A DNA stretch of 64,000 nucleotides from Glycera tridactyla. Taxonomy: Eukaryota. The notes under the pieces were generated by a model, which saw only the letters and a list, made by a program, of their open reading frames with translations, did not search any database and was not told the origin of the DNA. Made by a program: the position numbers and the translations under genes. The stretch spans positions 99,386,001 to 99,450,000 of the forward strand of contig OZ286459.1 of NCBI GenBank assembly GCA_965644265.1, read 5' to 3'. Below, in pieces: positions 26,482 through 39,203 of the stretch. How positions within the stretch are numbered: position 1 is the stretch's first letter; the number at the start of each line of letters is the position of its first letter.

Positions 26482-26549
26482 CGAATCGGCCACCTTGGAA
26501 TCTCTATTTGCACCTCAAAACTCCTAGTCATCCCGCACAATCGAATTTC
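26482..26549 (-). other. Candidate exon (68 nt)
   Basis: Acceptor TTTTTGCACTTTTTGGCAG|G and donor TCG|GTAAGG. One frame is open (EIRLCGMTRSFEVQIEIPRWPIR); no recognisable homology. Confidence 0.35.
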
Positions 26550-26797
26550 CTGCCAAAAAGTGCAAAAACTGGAGATGTAAGCACAGTTGCGTCACCCTCG
26601 TTGTCAAGCGTAACTAATAATCATGATCGTTCACTCGAGAAAAAACGTATTTATAGCGATTGAAATGTTTCCCAGAGATTAAATCCTAATGCGGCAGTTC
26701 AAAAGCAATCTTTCTTAGTGTACGAGCAGGATAAATTGTTGTTTATGAGAAGAAACGTGCTTTTGGCGACTTGAAAACGAAAAATTCGAAAGTGTAA

Positions 26798-26809
26798 GCC
26801 ATCTAGCGG
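26798..26809 (-). promoter_or_regulatory. CTCF-like site
   Basis: CCGCTAGATGGC, one variant position from the core CCASYAGRKGGC. Confidence 0.4.
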
Positions 26810-27313
26810 GGCAAATCGAAAACCTTGATAAAGTACATTGCGAGTGTCAGCCCTCCTACGGGAACAACTAGTACTAATGGCTTGCATGAATGAAGGCAAG
26901 ATGCTATCTGATTTGAAAGTACCTGGCGATCATTGAAGGCACCCCTGCCCCGCTTCTGAACCGTCAAAGACCAGTTTTTTCGCCGAATACTGTATCAGGA
27001 GAAAATATTTGGGGGACAATTGCCCAGATAAATATCTTGAGTTTCTCAGATTAATCACAAGGATTTATAAACCTTGCAGAGCTGACATTTCTTGGATCAA
27101 GAAGAAGGCAAAAGTGTGCGTGTATGCCCCGGATCTCGAGTACAACACAGAATTTTGCCATTGAATGTATCTACATCATCCTCAGATGACTTCCAGCTAT
27201 GAAGGTACATCCATTTCTTTCATTATCGCTCACTCCATGGAGAAAAACCAAAGTCATATAGATCGCGCATCCTCATCGGTGGAAAAAAACATGGCGATTT
27301 TGTTAGGTGATCT

Positions 27314-27356
27314 CTGATTGGTTGGAAAGGTCACATGACCATCCAAAAATGGCGGC
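27314..27356 (+). promoter_or_regulatory. Putative plus-strand core promoter: CCAAT box, E-box, YY1 motif
   Basis: CTGATTGG (27314), GGTCACATGACC (27329) and AAAATGGCGGC (27346) in the usual housekeeping order; donor GAG|GTAGGA at 27479/27480. Confidence 0.55.
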
Positions 27357-27374
27357 ATTAACCTTCTCAGTTTG

Positions 27375-27437
27375 AGGTGATCAGATTCATATCGTCAACA
27401 ATTCAGGTGATCAGATTCATATCGTCAACAATTCAGG
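27375..27437. repeat. Perfect 30-bp tandem duplication
   Basis: AGGTGATCAGATTCATATCGTCAACAATTC x2 followed by AGG. Confidence 0.97.
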
Positions 27438-28670
27438 AAATCATTCATCTTCACCGAACCGATCAGCAAATACGTTGAGGTAGGAGCTATATTTAGCATG
27501 TATTCTTAACAACCGTTCGGTCGCACATTGGTGAAAATTGTTGGAAACGTCAAATCGCGATGTTTTAGTCAGATCGTGGTCTAATCAGATCTAAAGTGCA
27601 TACTACTCCCTGATTGAATGAAATACATCAAAATAAATAGTATATCAGCAGAGCTGCAAGAAAGGGTATTACCGAATTAAACGAGAGCAACTCCAAATAT
27701 ATATCATATATCTGGATAAAAACTGATTCCTAACTCATGCTGGCCCAGTGATATACTGAATACTTATGAACTTTTGTCAAATTTGCCATTGAAGTGACCC
27801 ATAATCATAAGTCTAAAAAAAAAGCAATATAGTTGTGTAGAAAGGTTAATGTGTGTGCGGGTGAGTGAGGCAGGCAAAACAGGTAACTAAATATGCAGAC
27901 AGGAAGAGGGTAATCTGCATGATAGATATGCAGCCGCAGTGATGAAAATGGCATTATCAATGTCCATGCATATTTATTAGCCAACCTATGATCTCTAGAG
28001 TAAATACATAGGCTAACAGCAATTTCCGCGAGATTTAGCGAGCACACAGTGGCATGGCAACATTTTTGTGCTGTAACTGTGCTATGCTTGGTTCAAAATG
28101 ATTGTATCATTCCTACAGTAGGCAAATGGTAGTGATGCAGGCATGCCTACCTTTGATGACCAAAATCAGTATTGGTGCAAATTCTTGAGAGTTATGCTGG
28201 CAGTATTTCCAATGATCGAAATGAGAGGATCCCAAATTTAAATGTACAATGTAATGTACAATGTAAAATGCCAAAATTTTGAGACTTTTAAGACCCATTT
28301 TTTCCCATCCAAGATGGCTCCTTACAAATATGTTACATCTTAACTCTACATGATTACGGCTAATTTCACACCCTGGGATCCTAGTCATCCTCCCCCCCCC
28401 CCCCCCCCCTCAGGGTGGGATTTTCTTTTTTAGATATGTATCTGAGGCTGGCTGGTACATAAAACACCTCTGATGAACACAATTTCTTTTGGAAGACCAC
28501 TTTTTGATGCCAGTCTGGGTTGTTGCATCACAGGTTTCACAAATTTAATGTTTGATTCCCTTCTGGTCTGTACCATCTGCGCTATATTGCAACACCCATG
28601 ATGTACAACTGTTTTTCAGCCGATCCCATGTCGCTGGGGTTGTCGGTTGGTGTTTGGCTCGATCCTGGTC

Positions 28671-28764
28671 GCCGCCATCTTGAGAAGCAGCGCGCATGCG
28701 CGCAGCACCGCAGACACCATCTTGGATGACAGCACGTATAGGCGTCATGAGAGCCATCTAGTGG
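28671..28764 (-). promoter_or_regulatory. Putative minus-strand core promoter: YY1, NRF1-like palindrome, CTCF core
   Basis: AAGATGGCGGC on the minus strand (28671-28681), perfect palindrome GCGCGCATGCGCGC (28690-28703), exact CTCF core CCACTAGATGGC (28753-28764). Confidence 0.55.
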
Positions 28765-30728
28765 CGATCAGCGGCAGCATGGTTGGCTGCTTTTTAGTGT
28801 GGTGTAAACAACAGGTTTCTTGTTGAATATGCACCACTATCTGACTGTTGAGTTTGCTGCAGCTTATCATAGGCTCCCTACCAAAGGAAACAAGCACATT
28901 AAGAAGAGACTGAATATTCAGTGTGATACTTTTTGAATTGAATGGGCTGTGCACTATCCCGGAATTTTCCTCTAACCGATGACACAGTGATGATTAATGG
29001 TGCCAAGAGTGTCAGGCAATGACTATACAATGACTAATCAATACTGTCATCACCTACACTGACATGTTGCTGTCACATCCAACATTACCAGCCATTATTC
29101 AACAGCATTTTTCATTAGAAAGTAAAATATTTGACCCATTTTATAATCTGGGTCATTCTGAACAAAAAATGAGAACAGAAGTAAAAGTCAGAGAAATTAT
29201 GTCATAACCTTAATAGGACACGGTAATTTGAATTTAGTATGATCTGAACACAGGCAAACAAAGAAAATTTCAAATGAAAATACATCATGCCATGAAACTG
29301 CATCACATAAACAGGGGCATTCAAATATCAGTCAAGACCTGCATCACATAAACCTGGGAAGTGGCAGCACACATGACATAGCTTTGTACCCACTTTGATG
29401 GGAATCTGAAAGGATCTGTTTATTGAATGGAAGTACACATTATGGGTTGACAGCCTGCTACCAGTTGAATAGATTTCAATTCTCGCAGCAGACAACTCTG
29501 TGTTTGATATGAGGCAATTCTCGTGAGATGTTCATACACACCAGTCGGCAGAATGTGTGATAAATTTGCCATCGGAATCAATACTCACTTGATATGCTAA
29601 CTCGATGTGGGCTATAAAGCAGTGCCGGAAACGGACAAGCACCATATGTGGGCCTGCAGAGGTGTGAGTTCATTGAGGTAGTGGTCAATTCAGAATGTGG
29701 AAGCAAGCCGCAATGGTGGAGTGAGCGTGGACCAAGCCTGCATCTGGCGAGCTGCTTACAGAATGATATTGATGGCGAGTGTAATGATAAATCATGTGTT
29801 GGAGCTTTCTACCAGCAATGGTACATGGTATTGAAAGGGAAAGATTGGGCCGATCCATCATGTTATCCACACCATGCGTTCCACGGCCATCAGTAAAGCC
29901 ATCGGCACACCCTATCAAGCCTTCTAACTGACCCCATGCTATTTCATCACTTTCACTTATACACTGAAACCTGCAATCAGAAACCACCATGCCTCCTCCA
30001 CAGAACCACCTCTCATGAATGACCATTGTCTCTTTGATATTGTCAGATACACCTCCAAGAGAAACCACATCTTATAGAATCAGCTTTTTGGTGAAATATA
30101 GAGTGATTTCGGAGCAATGGAATTTATCAAATTTTCACCAGCCAGTCTTTTTTAATGATTACAAGCAATTGATTTCATATACAGATGTATCTCTGTCATG
30201 TCTAAAATGTTCTCTCATATACATTTAGATGTATGTTGCACAGTCCCCAGCCATAAAATGAATAGGTGAATTTTCAAAACCATTAAATTTTCAACTGTAA
30301 GTACACTAGAGCAAATGCCAGAATAGAGATTAGATATTGAGACACTACAGACCATCAAATCAATGAAGAGAAACACTGCTACTGAAGAAGTGATACCTAT
30401 ACATGAAATGACTGGAAGGGATGTTGACAATGAAATGAATATGACACTTTGACTCATAGTCTTGGTCAATGGGGTGGACCTGCTACTGTATCAGAGAATG
30501 TGCTGACCAAGCAAATACTCATGACAAGTAGGCATTCTTCAGAGAACATTTGCCTACCATTCTTTGTAAATACTGTACCACATTCTGCCAAATAGGCACA
30601 ATTGGAATATAAGCAGTTATCAACAGGAGCTCAAAAAAGTAATTTCTCCGAGTGAATGACAGACAATGTTAACAGAGAATATGAAGTGGTTTGTTATTCC
30701 CAGAGAATAAGACTGAAGAATTCATATG

Positions 30729-30904
30729 CAGTTGAACCTGCTATAAAGGGCACCTGCATTAAGCAACCACCTGCCTTAAGCAACCACTTTTGAAAATCCC
30801 TCGAGAGTATTTCTCACCATAATTAACCTGTATTAGACAACCACCTGTCTTAAGCAACCACTTTTCACTGTCCCAAGGGTGGTTGCTGAATACAGGTTTG
30901 ACTG
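30729..30904. mobile_element. MITE family 2
   Basis: CAGTTGAACCTG...CAGGTTTGACTG|TA with repeated TAAGCAACCAC motifs. Confidence 0.8.
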
Positions 30905-31382
30905 TACATCATTGTTGTACTGAGTGGTAAAAGACTGATCAGGGCTGTATGCTAAGGGCTGCCCTACTGGCCCAGGTAGGCAGATTTGTTGTAAGGGAAG
31001 GTGATTTTATCAGTCTGCCTGCTCAAAAGGCAGGTGTACCTAACCACTAGTTAGTCCATGATAATATACAGGAGGGTAGGTGAAAATGACAGGGAGCACA
31101 GGTGAATATCAAGGAGACCTGGGGAAAACAATGTAAAACCATGACCACTGTAATTTTTTGAGAGATAACTCTGCCAGAGGGGTATCAGGTAAAACAGAGA
31201 AATGTTCCTATGTCCTTGTACAGAATTTTAGACCAGGATGAGGTCTTGGAATGGCATCTCCAGTCAGCATTGATATGTAGCTAGCCTTGTCCTCAACCTG
31301 CATACAATGTGTAGGTCTCACCTGTCCTCACCTCTCAATTGCAGTAATCAAATAAATTTTGTTCATTCTCCATTCTTTGCAG

Positions 31383-31514
31383 GATGATTGCTGCTGGAAT
31401 TACAAGAGAAAAAACTGTTTTGAGTGTGGAGATTCTTACTCAACTTCATCCATTGACAGCTCACTGAGGCCAAGTCAAGAATTAATCGAAGAGCTACATA
31501 GCAGCAAGATTGAT
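31383..31514 (+). other. Candidate exon (132 nt)
   Basis: Strong acceptor TTTTGTTCATTCTCCATTCTTTGCAG|, weaker donor GAT|GTGAGG, frame 0 open (DDCCWNYKRKNCFECG...); no recognised homology. Confidence 0.2.
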
Positions 31515-31696
31515 GTGAGGATGGGGCGGGTGGGTGGATGGGTGGGTGGGTGGGTGTGGCGGGTAGCCAGCAGTGTTCTGTGTAGCCGTGGATCAAGGCA
31601 AGCTGATCAGAAAGACAAGCCTCCTAATGACTGCAGCTGATGCTACAAAACAGCCACTGGCAAACAGCATTGACAAACACGCATCACCGACACCAC

Positions 31697-31698
<2 letters not shown>

Positions 31699-31756
<58 letters not shown>
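31699..31756. repeat. (CA)n microsatellite, continuing as a degenerate CA/CCCA tract to 31907
   Basis: Seen directly. Confidence 0.97.
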
Positions 31757-31759
<3 letters not shown>

Positions 31760-32230
31760 ACCTATCCTCCCCTACACAAATTCCCATGACACACCCACAG
31801 ACACACCCACCCTCCCACACCCACTCACCCTGACAGATCCATACCCCACATCACCACCTACCCACCTACTCACCATGCACTCACACACCCTTCCCCACAC
31901 ATCTATCNNNNNNNNNNNNNNNNNNNNNNNNNNNNNNNNNNNNNNNNNNNNNNNNNNNNNNNNNNNNNNNNNNNNNNNNNNNNNNNNNNNNNNNNNNNNN
32001 NNNNNNNNNNNNNNNNNNNNNNNNNNNNNNNNNNNNNNNNNNNNNNNNNNNNNNNNNNNNNNNNNNNNNNNNNNNTACAATAGCAGCCAATCAAGATTCT
32101 ATATTCGGTTCAGCTGAGCATGCCTAAACTAATCTGGACAACAATGTCTATAATTGAGTGTAAGTGAGCCCTTTAACCCACTCATCCTCACTGTGCTTCA
32201 AATAAAACCAGTCTCCACGAAAAACTTTTT

Positions 32231-32569
32231 CAGCCACTCTCCCATCGGGAGAGCAGATTGGGGGAATCACTCTCCCGAAAATGATTTCACTCTCCCGAAT
32301 TTGTGCAAGTCCCACTATTATATATTTTCCTGAGGTTAGTTCTTCAGAATCATACATGTGCAGGCAAATGCAAAGCCTACTCACAGGGACTAGGGATTGT
32401 TGTTGGTGTAATCAAAATTGTGGTGTTCTGTCTTCACAGAAAATCCATCACTCTCACATCAACTGAAAAATTCCCACTCTCCCATCGGGAGAGTGAATTG
32501 GAAGTTTCACTCTCCCGAAATCAAATCCACTCTCCCCGGGATTCAGGAGAGTGCTAAATTCGAAGACTG
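32231..32569. mobile_element. Probable non-autonomous DNA element built from CACTCTCCC motif blocks
   Basis: Six exact CACTCTCCC copies (32235, 32268, 32288, 32475, 32508, 32528) and two CTCTCCC-ATC-GGGAGAG hairpins. Confidence 0.5.
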
Positions 32570-35500
32570 TAAAACCAATCCAATTTGAATCCAAAATCCA
32601 AAGAAAGATTTCCTCCCTGAAGTTTTACATTCAGTGAATTTGTTTTGAAATGTCAGTACAAAGCCCAGGGTAATTAAGTGTTCAATGTGTCTGGATCATT
32701 AGCCACACTCCTGAATGAAAGGACTGATCAAACCCCGCATGATATAGCTTTTCTTGTCAGCAATTCATAAATTACCTTTATCTTGAAGCTTCTGCTGGAA
32801 ATGGAAGCGTAGTGCTATTCATTAAGTTGTGCTTGCAGTGCCTAATATCCATCCCCAACTAAGCCTGTGAGAAAAATTACATGGCACTCTTGCCTTCTGG
32901 ATCAAATCTCATTTGAATGTAAGCACTGCAATGTGGTGAGCCTTTGCTTAGCATTTCTGATTCATTTTTTATGAAATCCGTAATTTGTTGTCTCTTCATT
33001 GAAGTCTTCTCAGCACAACAAGAAAATCCAAAGATTGAAAATAAATCCCATCAAAAGCTTCTAGTGAACTTAAACAGTAAAACGTGTGAAGAGAGACTGC
33101 CTTAAATGTCCCCAACAAATGGTCACTCTTCAGAGATAAATTGAACATAGTCAAACTAAAAAGAAAGCTGCCCTGAGAAAGTGGTCTCCTGTCAGAGGTG
33201 GTCTCTGGTGATTTTGGTGGCTCAATATATAATGTGGCAAAGTGCTGATGGCTGAAATAATCATGTGATGATCTCAGATGTTAAGCTGATGACTTGCCCA
33301 AGGCAACTGTGAGGTATGTTGGTCAAAATTTGGTGGCTACAATTGTTCAAGCCACCTTTACTGACTGGAGATGTGAAGGTCAAATTAACTTCTACAGAAA
33401 CTGCGGCAATTGTCATTGAATCTGGTTTCATGAAGAGCAGGACACTTGCTCTTGATCAGGACTGGCAACATCCTATTGCATTAATTCATCAAATTCTGAT
33501 TATATCAGCAGAAAACAGCTGTGAGAAAAACCAAGAGATGTCACCACCCATCGATCAAGCCAACTGGCCGATGAAGTGAACACATCATCATCACCGCCGC
33601 CACCACTGCCACTGCCACCGCCACCATCATCCCAATTGATGGATTATGTCTTGAAGTTCTGGTGATTCTTGAATAAGATAGTTCACTTAATGATAAGATG
33701 GTTATCTTGAGGTATTGATCATAGAGTTAACTGTTACAAATTTGAACTGGTCAAGGAGTATGCTTTAGCAATTATTCCACATGGACATAGTATCAGAACT
33801 TTAGGGGAGCTCTGTTTTCTTGTGGCCTCCAGCATACATGTATGGATAATATTTTCAAACAAGACCCTCTGATGATACTATCAATATAGAGCCTTTGTCA
33901 ATGGATTGAAACTCCATAAGCTTGTAGATCATAGATGCAGAAATGAATACGATCTCATACAAGTGAACAATATCGTATGTGGTAAATTTGCTCACTCACA
34001 ATTAGTGAACATGAACACGCAACGTGATCAAGAAAGAAACCTTTCCTGAAAATCAACAATTGTGAGTATAAGCATGAAGAAATATAGATCTACATGTATA
34101 TGCTCTTTCATAGTATAAGCTATCTGAAAAAAAATTCAGACCGCAGGCTGCAAAGTACTTGAACACATTCACCACTGTTCATTCAAATATAGGGAATATG
34201 CATCCCGAACCATTTAACATCTTCACTTTATATGATATCTGATACATGGTAAAATTGTACAAAATGAGCCAATTCATCATATCATACTCCATCTCTATCG
34301 CCATCATTATCATCACCTCATCTTGTGAATACACATAATGTTGTTTTCGTTCATCCTCACTCATCGTCCTAAACATGTATTCAGTTGTCATGACAAAGAT
34401 AACGAATGTTAAAATCAGAATGAATCAATGAGGCCAGTTTTGACCACCAGGAATGATGATTCAATGCTGGTACAAAAGCAGGTGTAGAGATGTCGATGGA
34501 CAACACTGACAAACTCAACAGCGTAACCCCAGTAATATGTAGGCCAAAGGTTGAGATGTGATTTATCCCAGCAAGAAGCCCCTACACAAATATTTCCTAG
34601 CCACAATCAGATTGCTGGATTTGAATTTCTAATTTGGTCAATCAAGCTTCACATTCCCTTTGAGGCTGTCCGTAGCTACGGAAATCCTGCCATTAGAAAG
34701 AGGTTTGATCTGAGAGCCATTCCCTGAAGGACTTGAGCTGATCTCTACGTGAAAGTGAGATAGACTGAACCCGACACAACACTTCATCTCCTACCCCAGA
34801 GCAATTTATCCAGATTTCCTGTTGGGACAATAGACGCATGCAGCCAACTTCATGATTTCCTATCACGAGGGAGTTGAGTATTCGTGGGCGGGAAGATAAA
34901 AATCTCAATCGTGTTATTGCTCATTCAAAGAAAGGCAATGTGAGCACCTGAATGCGCTGCTCAACTGGCGGTGGAACGGATTTGAATTCCTAATCTGCAC
35001 AACCCCGATGCAATATCACGTCATGTGGCTTGATCCACTCAAACACTAGTGGCGATACTGTGCTCTCCCACACAGATGATCCCGGCCTTCCTGTAACTGT
35101 ATTGACAGCCAACTCTAGTCCCATTCCACTGAAAGACCACCTCAATAATACTCAGCTTTACTGCATCGATAAAGCAAGTCTGTGGTTTGAGAGCCTTTAG
35201 GTTCCCGTGAGAATTTGTTTCTTCATACCAGCATGATCTCAATAATTCCTTGTATTGGTATAAGCAAGTATGCATAATGTTAATTTTCAATGATATAACA
35301 ATATTCAACAGCATCCTTTTAAGGTTCACATGGCACATAACTCAAATGGCTAGAAGATGCAACAAGCGAGCTTATCACGAGCAATTAACATAGCAAATAT
35401 TTTACCCACAGCATCAGCCATTTTGGAAAAATTATTTTGGAAAACAAGAGCAAACCAGCTATCATAATTCAAGTTTGCAACTTGTTACAAGCCAAAGAGT

Positions 35501-36897
35501 CAACCCAGTTATGGTCCAAGCCATAGATGACAGTTCATAGCAAAAATGGAGCCCCTCACATTGGATCCACATCTTCAATTGCCCATGTTCTGTCTTTTGC
35601 ACCTTTTGTTCTCCCTATTTCATATTCATATTTATATCTCCTATTGATATTTACAATATAAGCATGTGGTCTCATACACAGGTGGTTTCTCACCACAGGT
35701 TTTATTGTGCTCAAGTACCCCATCTTCAGTAATAAACCCAGTAAACTCGAATATCTGAATATAGTATGCCCCTTGCATTTGAAGATGAAGAAAATCTCCC
35801 AGATCTGCCGACAATAGCCAAGGTCCGATCTGTGTGGACAATAATGGAAGCAAGGTGATCTTTGCGTGCAACGCTACCCCCCTCTCACACAATCCCACCA
35901 TCGCCTTTCAGCACTCAATCATATCAGTTTGCCAGTAGATGATGTGGAAAACATGCAGGGGAGGACAGAGTCAGTGTATGTTTTGACAATAGCTGAGAGG
36001 TGTTGTATGACACATGAATGGACACATTCTGACACTACAAAAGCCACCATCCAACAAGTAAGCCAACTCAGCATTTAAATGCTTTTCTTCGCGGTTCCGG
36101 TTCAGGTTAGATGGAGAGGTCAATTCCCTTGTCTGAACAGGTAGAATTTCACACCACCGTCTCACAAGGTGGAACCCCCATCAGCTGCTGCTAAATATAG
36201 TCAGGTGACTGAGATACACCCTCTAAGTACACACCCCTCCAACTTTATACTTCTGAGATCACCATCCAGAAATTGTTTCTGTAACATCACTTGAGTGTTT
36301 GGAAAGAATGACTCTGCACATGATCTGAAACACTTGGTAATGAAAAAGAAAATATATGCACAGAATAGGATGCAGTTAATTCCGCAATTTGATGCCCATG
36401 TGATGGGTATGGGAAGACATGCCCCAAAAGGAGGTAAAGGTTTCTTGAATGAAAATCATAAAAATTCAAAATGTCCTTTTCTCCTGAGGAGATGAACAAA
36501 AGAGAAGACAGTGGAATGAGGTTTTTGATATATTTGCCCTTGCATTCACTTGGACTGACATCCTCAATTTCTTATGGTCTCTTTTGATACTCATTTCTGG
36601 GGTCGCCCCCCCCCCCCCCCCCTTCCCCACAGACACAATACAGTCTTACTGCTTCTGGAGAAGAGAGAATATCTCCTGACACAACACCCTACTCTTTCAG
36701 ATAGGTGGGTGGGATTTTCCAAGTCTCCTCCTTTGACATCCCAATAATCCGGGGATAATCAAAGCCAGTGAGAGATTATCAAGCTGCTTGATCATTGCAA
36801 ATTTCACTGAGTATTGCATCAGGTGAAACCAAGGAAAAGTCAATTTTCCAACCATGTGGCATGATCATGGGTTTATCAGCTTAGAGCTTGCAGAATA

Positions 36898-37055
36898 CAG
36901 TTGAAGCTGACTATAAAAGAACCTTCAGTTGCATCAAAAGTGGCCTTTGTAGGCAGGTGGCCCTTATAGAGAGATCATTTACAGTTGAAAATACTATCAC
37001 ATTCACAGCTAAAGTTGGTCTCATAGAGAGGTGGTCTCTTGAGCAGGTTTGACTG
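36898..37055 (+). mobile_element. MITE family 1
   Basis: TA|CAGTTGAAGCTG...GTTGCATCAAAAGTGGCC...CAGGTTTGACTG|TA. Confidence 0.85.
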
Positions 37056-38904
37056 TATGTCAGTATGGCAGGAGCTGGAGGTGGCGGCAGCTACTGTTTG
37101 AGCCGGGTGTTTTTAAACAGTCTTAACTGGTAAGTCAAGCAATAGCTGGTGATATTAACAGGACCGCTGAGCTGAGTTAAGCACTTCTGTGAACATTACC
37201 AATACCCTGCTAATACATGTTACACACAATCACCTGCATGTGATCAGCTCCCAGCCTGAGAGAATACAACAACATTGACTGTGTGCCTCACAATATGCTG
37301 ACATTACACTGACTGATGGATAAGCCCCGGCTTATATCACTGATCACAACATCTCCCTGGTATTCCACCAGAACAAAAGCTACTTAGCTGCTATACCTTT
37401 CTCCCTCACAGCATGCCCAGGGGCTGGCAATCAACTTTAGACAGCGGGCATATCTCCCTAAATTTTCAGTTCCATGCAAATCACTTTTGTGCAATATATG
37501 TATTGCACACCATATTACAAGGACATTTATTTTACATGATGAAGAAGACCAAGACCCTGCATTGGACCACAATGGTACTTACAAGTCAGACTCACTACCA
37601 GTATTCTAGAAGCCAATGCTAAGTGTTAGTAAGCAGTCATCATGAGAGATCGCACTGACTCCACATGGTTATTTTACGGTCAGAAATAGGATGCTAAAAA
37701 AAAAATCAAATTTTGATCAATGAGGAATATTTTGAGGCTTTCTAGTGGTGAAAATATAGGAGGTAGATGGAAATCTATGTATTGTTCACCTCATATTGTC
37801 CCTTGTCACTGTAAACCCCTTGATTCATCAAATTCCGCCATATACAAGAAGCCGGGAAGGTCCTCACAGTCAGTTCCCTCTGAGAAGTCTCCATATATGT
37901 ACAGAGTTGACTAAGGTCTTGTGAAGATGAACTGACTATAGCACCGAACCTGATGAACACTGGACAACTACATCTCAGATGAGAGCCCCCCCACTATTGA
38001 ATATGACTGCATCTTGCTGATATTCAGGAGTGGTCTCTCATGGCTGGAGACTAGGCCACTAGATCTGGCTTCATTTCACATCTGACTGATCAAAACTGCA
38101 GCCCCCCCCCCCCCCCCCCCTCGTCTCCTTCACACACATCCCAACACCAATCCTCATCAAAGAGGCTTATTTTGGTGGATGTTGGCAGAGTGGTGTTAAT
38201 TGTTAGTTGATTTGCTTTGAGCTGTAACAGGTGTACACCAGAGCTCACTGAGTAAATACCCCATCTCCACCCTTTATAAAAGAAAGGCCAAACTGTGAGT
38301 ACAAGAATATCCACCAGGCTCAGAGCTTGGTACTCTCCACGTGTCTTCCATACTCTGCTTCAACCCCAAATGGAGCGAATAAGAGAGAAACCATGTGATT
38401 ATTCAGAGAAGTGAGAAATTCTGCATCCCGATATGAACATCTGAACAAGGAATTCTAAACTGAACTCCAACAATAGATGGAATGTGTAACTCCATTTCCC
38501 AATCCCTCAAGATAATTTGCAATCTCACAACAGAGTGAGGGGAGGGTGATGTTCTATCCTAAATTGTCACATTCAGATGTAAAGAAACCTTCTGTGCTTA
38601 GAAATTTCGATATTCATTCCATGATATGGATACATTTTGTGTGACAATATTGGGAGTGAACATGGAAAAGTTCGACCACTGGAATCAAATGAAAAATCAC
38701 AGGATGTAAGACCTGGAAATTTAGGAGATATTTTTCCTTCAAGTTCCTATTCACTATTACACACAGTCACATACATCTGATTGAGAACCAACTACATCAT
38801 AAGATCATCTATCAACAGTGACATACTGGACAATGATTGAAGTCAATCATTAGTTCCAACAACCAAAGTGACAATCTGAATGAGCCTGGACATTTCCATG
38901 CCTA

Positions 38905-39203
38905 CAGTCAAAGCCGTATTAGACAACCACCATTGAGACACCAAGACGGGGTTGTATGTAGTAAAACCTGCAACGAGAGACCACCTCTGATGGGAAACCG
39001 CTTTTCCTTGGTTTTCTATTTGAAATAGTCAAATATACCTCTGACAAGTGACCGCTTTCTGGTGACATTTATGGTGGTCTTCCGTTGCATGTTTCACTGT
39101 ACAGGTGAATTAGATATGATTACTCCAACATTGAAATAGAAAAAGTTGTTGCTTAATAGAGGTGGTCATCCAATACAGTGCTTGCTTGATAGATGTTTCA
39201 CTG
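38905..39203. mobile_element. MITE family 2 host carrying a nested family-3 MITE (38959-39099)
   Basis: Host TA|CAGTCAAAGCC...GATGTTTCACTG; insert TAGTAAAACCTGCAACGAGAGACC...GTTGCATGTTTCACTG|TA. Confidence 0.7.

Larger units (their letters stand above)
26370..28800. promoter_or_regulatory. CpG-rich block, putative promoter region
   Basis: Abundant CG dinucleotides against a CpG-poor background, with clustered core-promoter-type motifs (see separate entries). Confidence 0.6.

Noticed and set aside
31339-31400. Minus-strand exon candidate overlapping the plus-strand candidate at 31383
   Set aside because: Splice-like signals on both strands at one place show how readily they arise by chance here; not supportable without RNA data.
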